Notes under the pieces: generated by a model
Seen by the model: only the letters and a program-made list of their open reading frames with translations
Database searches by the model: none
What the model was told of the DNA's origin: nothing
Program-made: the position numbers and the translations under genes
Source of the DNA: Macrostomum lignano
Lineage: Eukaryota
Reading direction: 5' to 3'
Assembly (NCBI GenBank): GCA_002269645.1
Contig: NIVC01002709.1
Coordinates: 62,001 to 126,000, forward strand
Length of the DNA stretch: 64,000 bases
Shown here: one piece after another, positions 12,244-48,042 of the stretch
Position numbering within the stretch: position 1 is the stretch's first letter
How the letters are laid out: every line of letters starts with the position of its first letter

Positions 12244-12662
12244 GTCTAGAGCATTTGAAGTCCAGCCTCTAGATGTCTAGAGAATTCAAAGTCCAGTCTC
12301 TAGATGTCTAGAGCATTCAAAGTCCAGTCTCTAGCTGTCTACAGCATTCAGTCTAGTCTCTAGATGTCTACAGCTTTCAAAGTCGTCCTAGATGTCTACA
12401 GCTTTCAAAGTCGTCCTAGATGTCTACAGATTAAAGTCCAGTCTCTAGATGTCTACAGATTAAAGTCCAGTCTCTAGATGTCTACAGATTAAAGTCCAGT
12501 CTCTAGATGTCTACAGATTAAAGTCCAGTCTCTAGATGTCTACAGATTAAAGTCTAGTCTCTAGATGTCTACAGATTAAAGTCTAGTCTCCAGATATCTA
12601 GAGCATTGAAAGTCTACTCTCTAGATGTCTACAGCATTCAAATTTTAGTCTCTAGATATCTG
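12244..12662. repeat. About 29-bp TCTAGA-containing minisatellite
   Basis: Unit TCTAGATGTCTACAGATTAAAGTCCAGTC. Confidence 0.85.
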
Positions 12663-13095
12663 TGCAGTGCATCTCGGGCTTGAAATTTATGAGTACCAGA
12701 GGAATGTTGTTTTCCTCTGTCTCCAGCTGCACCGGTTGTATAACAGGGAATTTTTCACGGTCTGTGCATACAGTACGGCAATCCTCCATGTCTCCACTCT
12801 TGCCCACCCACGCGCTGTGGCGGTTCAACTGTAGTGGGTCCCGTTGTCCTGACTCTGGGCAGCCAACCAGCCCGCTCTCCGGCCCCCACTTTACTCTAAT
12901 CCCAGCCAGGGTTCAGATGAATATTTCAGTTGGATGGAATGAGAAAATACAGGATCGCTAACTGGTTCTGCATGCGCCAAGATCAGCACAAGACACCGCG
13001 TCTGCCGCCTAGCGCATAGGGCTGGATCTGGTTTAGCTGAACACTGGGTTCTGCCGGGATGGTAACTGGCTGAGCACACTGAGTTGGAACCACAG

Positions 13096-13546
13096 ACTGC
13101 AGATCACTCCGAGACAGCTAGCAGATTACTCAAAGACACAGCAGATTACTCCGGGACAGCAGGTCACTCCGAGACAGCAGGTCACTCGGAGACATCAGGC
13201 CACTCTGAGACAGAAGATCACTCGAAGACATCAGGCCACTCGGAGACAGCAGATCACTCCGAGCCAGCAGATCACTCCGAGACATCAGGCCACTCGGAGA
13301 CAGCAGATCACTCTGAGACCGCAGATCACTCCGAGACATCAGGCCACTCGGAGACAGCAGATCACTCCGAGCCAGCAGATCACTCCGAGACATCAGGCCA
13401 CTCGGAGACAGCAGATCACTCTGAGACCGCAGATCACTCCGAGACATCAGGCCACTCGGAGACAGCAGATCACTCCGAGACCGCAGATCACTCCGAGACA
13501 GCAGGTCACACGGAGACAGCTGAGACAGCAGATCACACCGCAGATC
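13096..13546 (+). repeat. 18-bp tandem repeat, in frame with the downstream ORF ([AS][DG]HSET)
   Basis: Units such as GCAGATCACTCCGAGACA, with no frameshifting indels. Confidence 0.85.
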
Positions 13547-13554
13547 ACCCGATC

Positions 13555-14154
13555 ATGTCCCGCCGACTCCCCCAGATCCGGCTGAGCCTGGCCCCAGATT
13601 CCAGCTCGAACTCGTCACCAGAGAATTCCGCAGCCGCCGGCAGTGTGTCTTCGCACCTGTCGCGCACCCGCCTGCCCTGGATCGGCTTCTCCTCGGCGGG
13701 GGCGGCGCCGGCAGCCCCGGTCCGAAAATATCCCACCTGGCCGGAGCTTCGGCTTGGCGATCTTCGGCCTGAAGGACTTCAAAGGCGTCGGGCCGCTGTT
13801 CAAACTCGACTTCTCGGCGACGCGGGAACGGCGGCGGCGGCGGCAGCTCCAGAGCCGAAGTCGACATGTTCGCCGTCGGGTTCGATTCAGTCGGAGCCGG
13901 GCGCTGAGCATCAGCGCGGAGCCCGGAGCCCGCCGCCGAGGCGATCCGCCCCGCTGCTCATGCCGATGAGCTTCGTGGTGCCGACCACCACGGAGGAGGT
14001 CCGCGCAGCTCGCGTGGGCAAAGAGGGACGAGAAGATGTCGGGCTGGGAGAGCAGCAGGAGGTCAACGCCAACCAGCTGACGAAGGATCGACGGCGGCGT
14101 AGACAGCGGGAGACTGAGATGGAGAATAAGTCTGGGGCATCCGCTGAGTCCTGA
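13555..14154 (+). CDS. Orphan low-complexity protein (199 aa from the first ATG, or terminal exon of a longer gene that includes the upstream repeat)
   Basis: GC-rich island between two arrays. The frame is open from 13066 to 14154 and has coding-like codons (e.g. ATG AGC TTC GTG GTG CCG ACC ACC ACG GAG GAG GTC). No recognisable domain. Confidence 0.4.
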   Translation: MSRRLPQIRLSLAPDSSSNSSPENSAAAGSVSSHLSRTRLPWIGFSSAGAAPAAPVRKYPTWPELRLGDLRPEGLQRRRAAVQTRLLGDAGTAAAAAAPEPKSTCSPSGSIQSEPGAEHQRGARSPPPRRSAPLLMPMSFVVPTTTEEVRAARVGKEGREDVGLGEQQEVNANQLTKDRRRRRQRETEMENKSGASAES

Positions 14155-14165
14155 GGGTTTGAAAG

Positions 14166-14762
14166 GATTCTGTGAGTGATGGTGAGGATTCTGTGAGTGA
14201 TGCTGGGGATTCTGTGAGTGATGCTGGGGATTCTGTGAGTGATGCTGGGGATTCTGTGAGTGATGCTGGGGATTCTGTGAGTGATGCTGGGGATTCTGTG
14301 AGTGTTGCTGGGGATTCTGTGAGTGATGCTGGGGATTCTGCGAGTGTTGCTGGGGATTCTGTGAGTGATGCTGGGGATTCTGTGAGTGTTGCTGGGGATT
14401 CTGCGAGTGTTGCTGGGGATTCTGTGAGTGATGCTGAGGATTCTGAGTGATGCTGGGGATTCTGTGAGTGATGCTGGGGATTCTGATGATGATGCTGGGT
14501 ATTCTGATGATGATGCTGGGGATTCTGATGATGATGCTGGAGATTCTGAAGATGCTGCTGGGACATCTGATGATGATGCTTGGGTATTCTGAAGATGATG
14601 CTAGGGAATTCTGATGATGATGCTGGGGATTCTGATGATGATGCTTGGGTATTCTGATGATGATGCTGGGGATTCTGTGAGTGATTGTGAGAATTCTGAA
14701 GATGCTGCTGAGAATTCTGATGATTATGCTGGGAATTCTGATGATTATGCTAAGGATTCTGA
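14166..14762. repeat. 21-bp minisatellite (GATGCTGGGGATTCTGTGAGT)
   Basis: Directly visible; shifts to a GATGAT variant at its 3' end. Confidence 0.9.
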
Positions 14763-15164
14763 ATGCCAAGACTTTAGAGCGATTTAGCAGCTACTTGGTG
14801 CTCTATGCTGGTACTCAAAAGTACATTCGCAGTCGATGCTTGCAACGCCAGCTCTGTAGGAAAAAGCAAGTGTTTCACAATTACAAACACAGAGTTCACC
14901 CCTCACTCACCTCTGCCCCTGATCGCACCACTGTGTCTGAGTACCTGTTATGTTCCATCTGCAATCTCAGTTTCAATCAACATTTTTAACTTATACAAAA
15001 ATGCCATAATGAAGAGTTTTGTCATTTTTGCACGACAAGCTGCTACGAGTACTTCATGCCTACTCTAAAGTAGTGTAGCTCAAAATTTCTGGTACGAGAA
15101 ATACTTTCTTAATTAAATAACAGACATTTTAGACTTTGGAATGAAGTTGAAATTGTGGTGCCAC

Positions 15165-15947
15165 AAACTAAACATTACGGCGCTGCAAACTAAACATCTC
15201 GGCGCCTAAAAATAAAAATCTCGGCGCCAAAAAATAATCATCTCGGCGCCACAAACTAAACATCTCGGCGCCACAAACTAAACATCTCGGCGTCAAAAAC
15301 TAAACTTCTCGGCGCCAAAAACTAAAAATCTCGGCGCCTAAAACTAAACATCTCGGCGCCTAAAACTAAACATATCGGCGCCTAAGACTAAACATCTCGG
15401 CGCCTAAAACTAAATATCTCGGCGCCTAAAACTAAACATCTCGGCGCCTAAGACTAAACATCTCGGCGCCTAAAACTAAACATCTCAGCGCCACAAAAAC
15501 TAAAACATCTCGGCGCCAAAAACTAAACATCTCGCCGCCAAAAGCTAATCATCTCGGCGCCTAAAACTAAACATCTCGGCGCCTAAAACTAAACATCTCG
15601 GCGCCAAACACTAAACATCTCAGCGCCACAAAAAACTATAAACATCTCGGCGCCACAAACTAAACTTCTCGGCGCCTAAAACTAATAGTCTCGGCGCCAC
15701 AAACTAAACATCTCGGCGCCAAAAACTAAACATCTCGGCGCCTAAAACTAAACATCTCAGCGCCTAAAACTAAAGATCTCGGCGCCAAACACTAAACATC
15801 TCGGCGCCTAAAACTAAACATCTCGGCGCCTAAAACTAAACATCTCGGCGCCTAAAACTAATAATCTCGGCGCCACAAACTAAACATCTCGGCGCCACTT
15901 AAAATAAACATCTCGGCGCCACTAAAAATAAACATCTCGGCGCCACA
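15165..15947. repeat. About 21-bp minisatellite (AAACTAAACATCTCGGCGCCT)
   Basis: Directly visible tandem array. Confidence 0.9.
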
Positions 15948-16384
15948 GAAGCAGTGCAAGCTGCAGGCGGCCAAGTGAAGGCGATACAATCCTCAGCCCT
16001 GAAGCGACTCGGGCAACAGCTGCGGTTCCGCAGTTTCACACCGCGAGTGGAAAAAGAATGCCCATATAAAAGGAACTCTGGTCTGCAGTCCTGAGGGGAG
16101 CATCTTAGGAATTTATCCCCAGTCTGGCTGAGTGAGTCATCAATCTGCTGATCCGTGGTGAAGCACCAGGGAGGCTAAAAGCCCGCCACTTTGCTTTCGC
16201 GAACGACATGGTGATAAAAATGGCAAAAACTTTGCTGTTGCATTCGTGTGAAAGCGAAGATATTGAAGATTTAAAACGTTTGGGATCTGACAGGGGTGCG
16301 AAAGGGAAAATAGAAGGGTCAGTCGGAATGGAGAGAAAAGAGAGAAATTATAAAATGGATATCGAGGAGGGGAGGGACAGGCAA

Positions 16385-16752
16385 AATGGGAGGGGAGTGA
16401 CAGGCAAAATGGGATTGGAGTGACGGGAAAAATGGGGAGGGGAGTGACAGGCAAATAAGATGGGAGTGACAGATTAAATCTGGGAGTGACAGATTAAATC
16501 TGGGAGTGACAGATTAAATCTGGAGTGACAGATTAAAGATGGGAGTGACAGATTAAAGATGGGAGTGACAGATTAAAGCTGGGAGTGACAGATTAAAGAT
16601 GGGAGTGACAGATTAAAGCTGGGAGTGACAGATTAAAGATGGGAGTGACAGATTAAAGATGGGAGTGACAGATTAAATCTGGGAGTGACAGATTAAATCT
16701 GGGAGTGACAGATTAAAGCTGGGAGTGACACATTAAAGCTGGGAGTGACAGG
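16385..16752. repeat. 20-bp minisatellite (GGGAGTGACAGATTAAAGAT)
   Basis: Directly visible tandem array. Confidence 0.9.
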
Positions 16753-17257
16753 ATAAAGAAGGCAGTAGTGAAAATGAAGAGATGAGGAAATTGAGACCGC
16801 ATGGTATTTTAGGCAATTCTCAGCAAACCGAGCAGCAGGCTCTGGATTTGAGCCCCGCTCAGCAGGTGCACTCAGTCGCCCACACGCAGGCAGCAGTGGA
16901 CACCGAATTCCTCAAAACTCAGCGCAGTCCATTGTTGTTGAGTAGCCACCCTGCAGCGGCAGCCCCAATTCATAAATAATTCATCATTGGGAAATGAGAC
17001 GGCGAGTCTTGGGTGCGCGAGTGAATTGTTTGACTGAGCTGCTGCCTGCAGACCCTGCTGAAAGTTTTTCCAGGTCCACTGCCGCACTTACCGGAGGGGG
17101 GGGGAGTTTGCCAGCTGCAAATAGCTTTCCCCTCGGGATCGCCAGGCTGAGCGCTGGGAAGAGGTCGCGGCACCTTCTTTGAAACTGCATCCTCAGCCTC
17201 CGCTTCCAGGATCCTCTTACTGCCCCCTGGAAGTCTTGTATGCATGCTGACAATTCT

Positions 17258-17416
<159 letters not shown>

Positions 17417-17706
17417 TTATCTTTAGGGCAAACGGTTCTCAGAACCCCGCGGGAGTGGCGGCATGGCGTAAAAGGCTTCTTTATGTGAAGAAAATCTTTG
17501 GCTTCAACTTTTGAAAACGTCAGTCTCTTGACACCTCCGTGACAATGGCAGAGCAGGCTGCCTGCTGCTGCAACCCACTCCACCCGGACCTGTTTTCGTT
17601 GTTGTTGCTGGGGTGACTGCACCGTGCGCTCTTTTTGTGCCGACAAAATGGGGTTGATTGGGGATCGGGGTTGGGGTTCAGCTTAGTGACTCTTTGTGGT
17701 TGGGTT

Positions 17707-18715
17707 GAGATTCACGGATTCTAAATGAGATTCACGGATTCTAAATGAGATTCACGGATTCTAAATGAGATTCACGGATTCTAAATGAGATTCACGGATT
17801 CTAAATGAGATTCACGGATTCTAAATGAGATTCACGGATTCTAAATGAGATTCACGGATTCTAAATGAGATTCACGGATTCTAAATTAGATTCACGGATT
17901 CTAAATTAGGTTCACGGATTCTAAATGAGATTCACGGACTCTAAATGAGATTCACGGATTCTAAATGAGATTCACGGACTCTAAATGAGATTCATGGATT
18001 CTAAATGAGATTCACGGACTCTAAATGAGATTCACGGACTCTAAATGAGATTCACGGACTCTAAATGAGATTCACGGATTCTAAATGAGATTCACGGATT
18101 TTAAATGAGATTCACGGACTCTAAATGAGATTCATGGATTCTAAATGAGATTCACGGACTCTAAATGAGATTCATGGATTCTAAATGAGATTCACGGACT
18201 CTAAATGAGATTCACGGACTCTAAATGACATTCACGGACTCTAAATTAGATTCACGGATTCTAAATGAGATTCACGGATTCTAAATGAGATTCACGGACT
18301 CTAAATGAGATTCACGGATTTCTAAATTAGATTCACGGATTCTAAATGAGATTCACGGATTCTAAATGAGATTCACGGACTCTAAATGAGATTCACGGAT
18401 TCTAAATGAGATTCACGGACTCTAAATGAGATTCACGGATTCTAAATGAGATTCACGGATTCTAAATGAGATTCACGGATTCTAATTGAGATTCACGGAT
18501 TCTAAATGAGCTTCACGGATTCTAAATGAGATTCACGGATTCTAAATGAGATTCACGGATTCTAAATGAGATTCACGGATTCTAAATGAGATTCACGGAT
18601 TCTAAATGAGATTCACGGACTCTGAATTAAGATTCACTGGTTCTGAATTAAGAATCACGCGTTCTATATTAAGATTCACTTGTTCTGAATTAAGATTCAC
18701 AGGTCCTGAATTCAT
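17707..18715. repeat. 20-bp minisatellite (GAGATTCACGGATTCTAAAT)
   Basis: About 50 copies, degenerate at the right end. Confidence 0.9.
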
Positions 18716-19165
18716 TTCAAGCTGAACTTATATTAAAGTTAAAATGGCCTCTTTAAGCCCTTCTGTCCGGTGCTGTTGGCAACCCCCATAATTGGCTTCA
18801 TTTTTCAATGGACAGCGAATTGCAAAAACGTTGGGAGCGGCTGTAGCAAAGTAAAATTCAATGCAGCACGCACCGAGAATCAGCCACCAGCATTGGCTTG
18901 TGGGAAATATTTTTTTTAAAATACTGTTGGACCGCCTCTCTGCTAGACAACCTGACTTGACTAGCAGGGTGTGAGGCGGGGAGACGGGGACTGCTGGGTG
19001 TCTGACTTGACACCCCCTTTGAATTAACTTGACTGACTGACAAGTGCTGAGCTCCAAGGAGGCGCCACCAGCCCCCTCCCGCAAGCAAGCCAGTCGGACT
19101 GAAAAACTGGATGACGTGTCTTCTTCAAAATTTTGTGGCGCTGGGAGCGTAGCTGGTTTGGAAAA

Positions 19166-19665
19166 GATAGAGGGGAAGAGGGAGAGATAGAGGGTAAGAG
19201 GGAGAGATAGAGGAGAAGAGGGAGAGATAGAGGGTAAGAGGGAGAGATAGAGGGGAAAGAGGGAGAGATAGAGGGTAAGAGGGAGAGAGAGAGGGGAAGA
19301 GGGAGAGATAGAGGGGAAGATGGAGAGATAGAGGGTAAGAGGGAGAGATAGAGGGGAAGAGGGAGAGATAGAGGGGAATTAAGGAGAGATAGAGGGGAAG
19401 AGGGAGAGATAGAGGGGAATTAAGGAGAGATAGAGGGGAAGAGGGAGAGATAGAGGGGAATTAAGGGGAGATAGAGGAGAATTAAGGAGAGATAGAGGGG
19501 AATTAAGGAGAGATAGAGGGGAATTAAGGAGAAATAGAGGGGAATTAAGGAGAGATAGAGGGGAATTAAGGAGAGATAGAGGGGAATTAAGGAGAGAAAG
19601 AGGGGAATTAAGGAGAGATAGAGGGGAACTAAGGAAAGATAGGGAGGGAAGAGGGAGAGATGGAG
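19166..19665. repeat. Purine-rich 20-21-bp minisatellite upstream of anosmin
   Basis: GAGAGATAGAGGGGAAGAGG and ...GGAATTAAG units. Confidence 0.9.
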
Positions 19666-20094
19666 ATATATTAAAGAACAATGACGCGAGATGCGAAAGG
19701 AAGCATGCGGAGAAGCCAGTACGCCGAGGCGCCATCCGAAAGCAAGAAGAACGCAAACGCGAAGGATTAGAATTTAGCAGTGGAAATTCATTACTTTCCA
19801 GATGCATTGAAAGAAATTTTCAGTCCAAGCAGCGCCATTGGCTGCTGGTCCGAGCCAATCAGCGCCCGGCATGCTGGTCCGGTCCCATCCCTACCTCTCT
19901 CAAGCAGTAATTAATATATCAGCTCGTGGGGGGGGGGTTGGCCCCCCAGAGTCTCTGGAATTCCTTAAGCGAGCGAATTCAAGCCACAGCAGCTTGAGCA
20001 CCCCATCTCAGACCGATCCATGCCAAACTGGACCGAGTCATAAACGGCTAATTAGCATAACAAAAGAATTCAACATCTTCTACCTGCTCTTCTA

Positions 20095-42994
<22,900 letters not shown>

Positions 42995-43975
42995 CTGAAG
43001 CTCAAGTTAACATGAGACTCTCTTCCCAACTCGCAGTCTAATACCCTGTCTTTCAAGAGCTGTCGTCAGTAAATTGTTGCAACAAAATCTGCTACGCACT
43101 ACTTACTAAATAGCGAGTGCAGTAGTGCGGTTAGGCGAATATTCTATTTTCCCCGCTGTGATTTTGTAATAACGAGACCAATTATTAAAATCTATAAATA
43201 GCCGGCTAACTGAAACTGTTATCTTAAAGCCTGACCTCTGTATATACCTGAAATACGCGTACATTATGCACTTTGCAATCTAAAATTAATTAACTCAATC
43301 TACTATACATATTTATAAATATGATAAAGATTACTAGCAAATAATGACACTGACTGAAACTTATACAAATACAAACTAACACTTTTTGCTTTTAGCAAAT
43401 GATTTAAAGTGAAGAAACTTAAATTTGCTATAAATTATGGTTATGATGAAGACTACTACTTATGTACAAAGCTAGGATGGAGAAAATTAAAACAAAGGTA
43501 TTTTGTTATTTTTCAAGTGTATTATTCTGCATCATTACGAGTACACACTGATGACAGAGATGGCATGGAGCTACTTTGATTAAAATAAGTTGCAAAAAAT
43601 AGATTTAAAACTGATTTGCTAAACTAAGCTTGATTTCAAATTAGATATTAAAGGTTGAGGAAAAAGAAAGTTTAAGTACTAAAGGGGGTTAAGAACCCGT
43701 CTGGATAAAATATAACGACATTAATAATAAGTAGAGATAAACAGACATTAATACTCCTAATAAACTACTTAATTAACTTAATCAATCCTACACTAATCCT
43801 ACATAAAAATTAATATTTTTTATTAGACAACTGAAAATTGATGCAATCAAGATGAAGCTATGAAGCGAATTAATGAAAGCAGAAACGTAAACAATTTCCG
43901 GGTTGGTCGAGACGGAAAACTCCTGTTTGCACTGCTAACACACCGGCAGTGCAGATCGGCCGGAGCCACACGGAG

Positions 43976-45117
43976 TTACTTCTCCATCACTCCGGCCTCG
44001 TCAGCGTTCTTCACCTTGAAGTCCTTCAGGGCCGCCTTGATGGCGTCTTCGGCCAGCACTGAAGGGGGTGCGAGGGGGAGGCGGTGCGTGCGGGTCAGTC
44101 AGGCTTCGTTTAATATCTGTGGGATGGGATCCTGTGAAATGGGATCTGTGGGATGGGATCCTGTGAAATGGGATCTGTGGGATGAGATCAGGGGGATGGG
44201 ATCCTGCAAGATGGGATCTGTGGGATGGGATCCTGTAAGATGGGATCTGTGGGATGGGATCCTGTAAGATGGGATCTGTGGGATGGGATCCTGTAAGATG
44301 GAATCTGTGGGATGGGATCCTGTAAAATGGGATCTGTGGGATGGGCCTGTGGGATGAGATCAGGGGGATGGGATCCTGCAAGATGGGATCTGTGGGATGG
44401 GCCTGTGGGATGGGATCTGTGAAATGGGGTTGGGAAAAGTCAGTGGAAGATGGCAGTGTGATATGGGATGGGTGTGTGGGATGGGAGTGTGGGTTGGGAG
44501 TGTGGGATGGAAGTGTAGGATGGGAGTGTGGGATGGGAGTGTGGGATGGGAGTATGGGATGGGTGTGGGATGGGAATGTGGGATGGGAGTGTGGGATGGG
44601 AATGTGGGATGGCAGTGTGGGACGGCAGTGTGGGATGGGAGTGTGGGATGGGAATTTAGGATGGGAATGTGGGATGGCAGTGTGGGATGGGAGTGTGGGA
44701 TGGGAGTGGTGTCACGGAGCACTCACTGGAGCAGTGCAGCTTGACTGGCGGCAGGCGCAGCTCCTTGGCGATTTCCGAGTTCCTGATCCCGGAGGCCTCG
44801 TCCACAGACTTGCCCTTGACCCACTCGGTGGCTAGGCTGCTGCTGGCGATGGCGGAGCCGCAGCCGAAGGTCTTGAACTTGGCGTCAACAATGCGCCCAT
44901 TATCGTCAACCTCGATCTGCAGCTTCATGACGTCGCCGCAGGCGGGAGCTCCGACCAGGCCGGTGCCGACCCGCTTGCTGGCCTTGTCCAGCGAGCCCAC
45001 GTTGCGCGGATTCTCGTAGTGGTCCAGCACGTTCTTGTGGTAGGCGGCCGTGGCCACCTGGGTGAGGCGCTGGCAGTGACGGCCAGGCGACAGGGTGCGG
45101 AGCAGAGCGCTGGACAT
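43976..45117 (-). CDS. ISCU: Mitochondrial iron-sulfur cluster scaffold protein IscU, 157 aa
   Basis: Exons 45117-44727 and 44058-43976 (phase 1, GT-AG). YHKNVLDHYENPRNVG, GAPACGDVMKLQI, FKTFGCGSAIASSS and LPPVKLHCS|MLAEDAIKAA are diagnostic. An N-terminal presequence-like segment is present. AATAAA lies on the minus strand at 43819-43824. Confidence 0.97.
44115..44710. repeat. G-rich GGGAT-based minisatellites filling the ISCU intron
   Basis: TGTGGGATGGGATCC and GTGTGGGATGGGA units. Confidence 0.9.
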
Positions 45118-45254
45118 GCTTGGTTGCTTGGATTTCGGTTGCTAGGAGAAAGAAAATTACTCGCATAAACAAGCAAAGAAGCTTTATTGAAACAATATTA
45201 TGTTGCAGATAATTAGGATTTTGTAGGGAGTTAAAGAGGCTGATGGGATATATT

Positions 45255-47041
45255 GTGTGGGATGGGTTCTCGAGAGGATGGGATCTAGCGTGTTTGGATG
45301 GGATCTAGCGTGTTTGGATGGGATCTAGTGTGTTTGGATGGGATCTAGCGTGTTTGGATGGGATCTAGCGTGTTTGGATGGGATCTAGCGTGTGAGATTG
45401 GATCTAGAGAGTTTGGATGGGATCTAGCGTGTTTGGATGGGATCTAGCGTGTGAGATTAGATCTTGCGTGTTTGGATGGGATCTAGCGTGTTTGGATGGG
45501 ATCTAGCGTGTTTGGATGGGATCTAGCGTGTGAGATTGGATCTAGCGTGTGAGATTGGATCTAGAGAGTTTGGATGGGATCTAGCGTGTTTGGATGGGAT
45601 TTAGCGTGTTTGGATGGGATCTAGCGTGTTTGGATGGGATCTAGCGTGTGAGATTAGATCTTGCGTGTTTGGATGGGATCTAGTGTGTTTGGATGGGATC
45701 TAGCGTGTTTGGATGGGATCTAGCGTGTTTGGATGGGATCTAGCGTGTTTGGATGGGATCTAGCGTGTGAGATTGGATCTAGAGAGTTTGGATGGGATCT
45801 AGCGTGTTTGGATGGGATCTAGCGTGTGAGATTGGATCTAGCGTGTTTGGATGGGATCCATAGTCTAGCGTGTGAGATTGGATCTAGCGTGTTTGGATGG
45901 GATCTAGCGTGTTTGGATGGGATCCATAGTCAAGCGTGTGAGATTGGATCTAGCGTGTTTGGATGGGATCTAGCGTGTGAGATTGGATCTAGCGTGTTTG
46001 GATGGGATCTAGCGTGTTTGGATGGGATCTAGCGTGTTTGGATGGGATCTAGTGTGTGAGATTGGATCTAGCGTGTTTAGATGGGATCTAGCGTGAGATG
46101 AGATCTATCGTGTGAGATGGGATCTATAGTCTAGCATGTGAGATGGAAGCTAGCCCTAGCGTGTTGTGATAAACACACAGCGCATGGTAGGGGGTGTGGG
46201 CAAAGATATTACTAGCGTGTGAGATTAGATCTTGCGTGTTTGGATGGGATCTAGCGTGTTTGGATGGGATCTAGCGTGTTTGGATGGGATCTAGCGTGTG
46301 AGATTGGATCTAGCGTGTGAGATTGGATCTAGAGAGTTTGGATGGGATCTAGCGTGTTTGGATGGGATCTAGCGTGTGAGATTGGATCTAGCGTGTTTGG
46401 ATGGGATCTAGCGTGTTTGGATGGGATCTAGCGTGTTTGGATGGGATCTAGCGTGTTTGGATGGGATCTAGCGTGTGAGATTAGATCTTGCGTGTTTGGA
46501 TGGGATCTAGCGTGTTTGGATGGGATCTAGCGTGTGAGATTAGATCTTGCGTGTTTGGATGGGATCTAGCGTGTTTGGATGGGATCTAGCGTGTTTGGAT
46601 GGGATCTAGCGTGTTTGGATGGGATCTAGCGTGTTTGGATGGGATCTAGCGTGTGAGATTGGATCTAGCGTGTTTGGATGGGATCCATAGTCTAGCGTGT
46701 GAGATTGGATCTAGCGTGTTTGGATGGGATCTAGCGTGTTTGGATGGGATCCATAGTCTAGCGTGTGAGATTGGATCTAGCGTGTTTGGATGGGATCTAG
46801 CGTGTTTGGATGGGATTTAGCGTGTTTGGATGGGATCTAGCGTGTTTGGATGGGATCTAGCGTGTTTGGATGGGATCTAGTGTGTGAGATTGGATCTAGC
46901 GTGTTTAGATGGGATCTAGCGTGAGATGAGATCTATCGTGTGAGATGGGATCTATAGTCTAGCATGTGAGATGGAAGCTAGCCCTAGCGTGTTGTGATAA
47001 ACACACAGCGCATGGTAGGGGGTGTGGGCAAAGATATTACT
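45255..47041. repeat. 20-bp minisatellite (TGGATGGGATCTAGCGTGTT) with an 828-bp higher-order duplication
   Basis: A non-array cassette ending GGCAAAGATATTACT occurs twice; its CAAAGATATT starts at 46201 and 47029. Confidence 0.9.
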
Positions 47042-47439
47042 TGATATTGAAATAAAGGTATTAACAATAAAAAATCAAATTAAAAATAAGGCTTGATGGA
47101 CTGGTGGCCATCTCTTCTCATAACATTTAAAATTTTACACGCATTAGCGAATGAAGATGATCCATAGAGACACAGGTAATCAGCAACAGGGGTATCCAGC
47201 TTTACAGGTGCGCGATAAGTATTTTATGAGGTGAAAAAATCAATAATATACAGAGGAGAAATGCGCCTAGCGAAATATCAAGACAAAGCAAGAATGAAAC
47301 CGAAAAATAGACTGCAGCGGAACTTTTTCTCACACTAAACGGGGATTATGACTCACAACTGGATCACATTTCACAGCAACCTCCTACACAATGTGACCAA
47401 TGCTCACACAATACAAGCAGTATTAATTATTCAACCAAA

Positions 47440-47960
47440 CTAACATTCACACAATCTGATCAACATTTACACGATCTAATCAGCATTCACACAATCTAAT
47501 TAGCATTCACACAATCTAATCATCATTAACAAAATCTGATCAACATTTACACGATCTAATCAGCATTCACACAATCTAATTAGCATTCACACAATCTAAT
47601 CATCATTAACAAAATCTGATCAACATTTACACGATCTAATCAGCATTCACACAATCTAATTAGCATTCACACAATCTGATCAACACTCACACAATCTGAT
47701 TAGCATTCACACAATCTGATCAGGATTCACACAATCTAATCAGCATTCAGACAATCTAATCATCATTAACAAAATCTGATCAACACTCACACAATCTGAT
47801 CAACATTCACACAATCTAATCAGCATTCACACAATCTAATCAGCATTCAGACAATCTAATCAACATTCAGACAATCTAATCAACATTCACAAAATCTGAT
47901 CAACATTCACAAAATCTAATCAGGATTCACACAATCTAATTAGCATTCACAATCTGATCT
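47440..47960. repeat. 20-bp minisatellite (CATTCACACAATCTAATCAG)
   Basis: Directly visible. Confidence 0.85.
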
Positions 47961-48042
47961 AACTAACCTAAATCAGTCTAGGTCACACAGCTCCAATTAC
48001 CAGAAAAGACAGTGCAGCAGCAGCAGCAACAATGCCAGAGCG

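Noticed and set aside
13545-14150. Minus-strand exon using the acceptor-like CCCTCAG at 14151
   Set aside because: No continuous, convincing frame or partner exons; the + strand frame is open throughout and is the better candidate.
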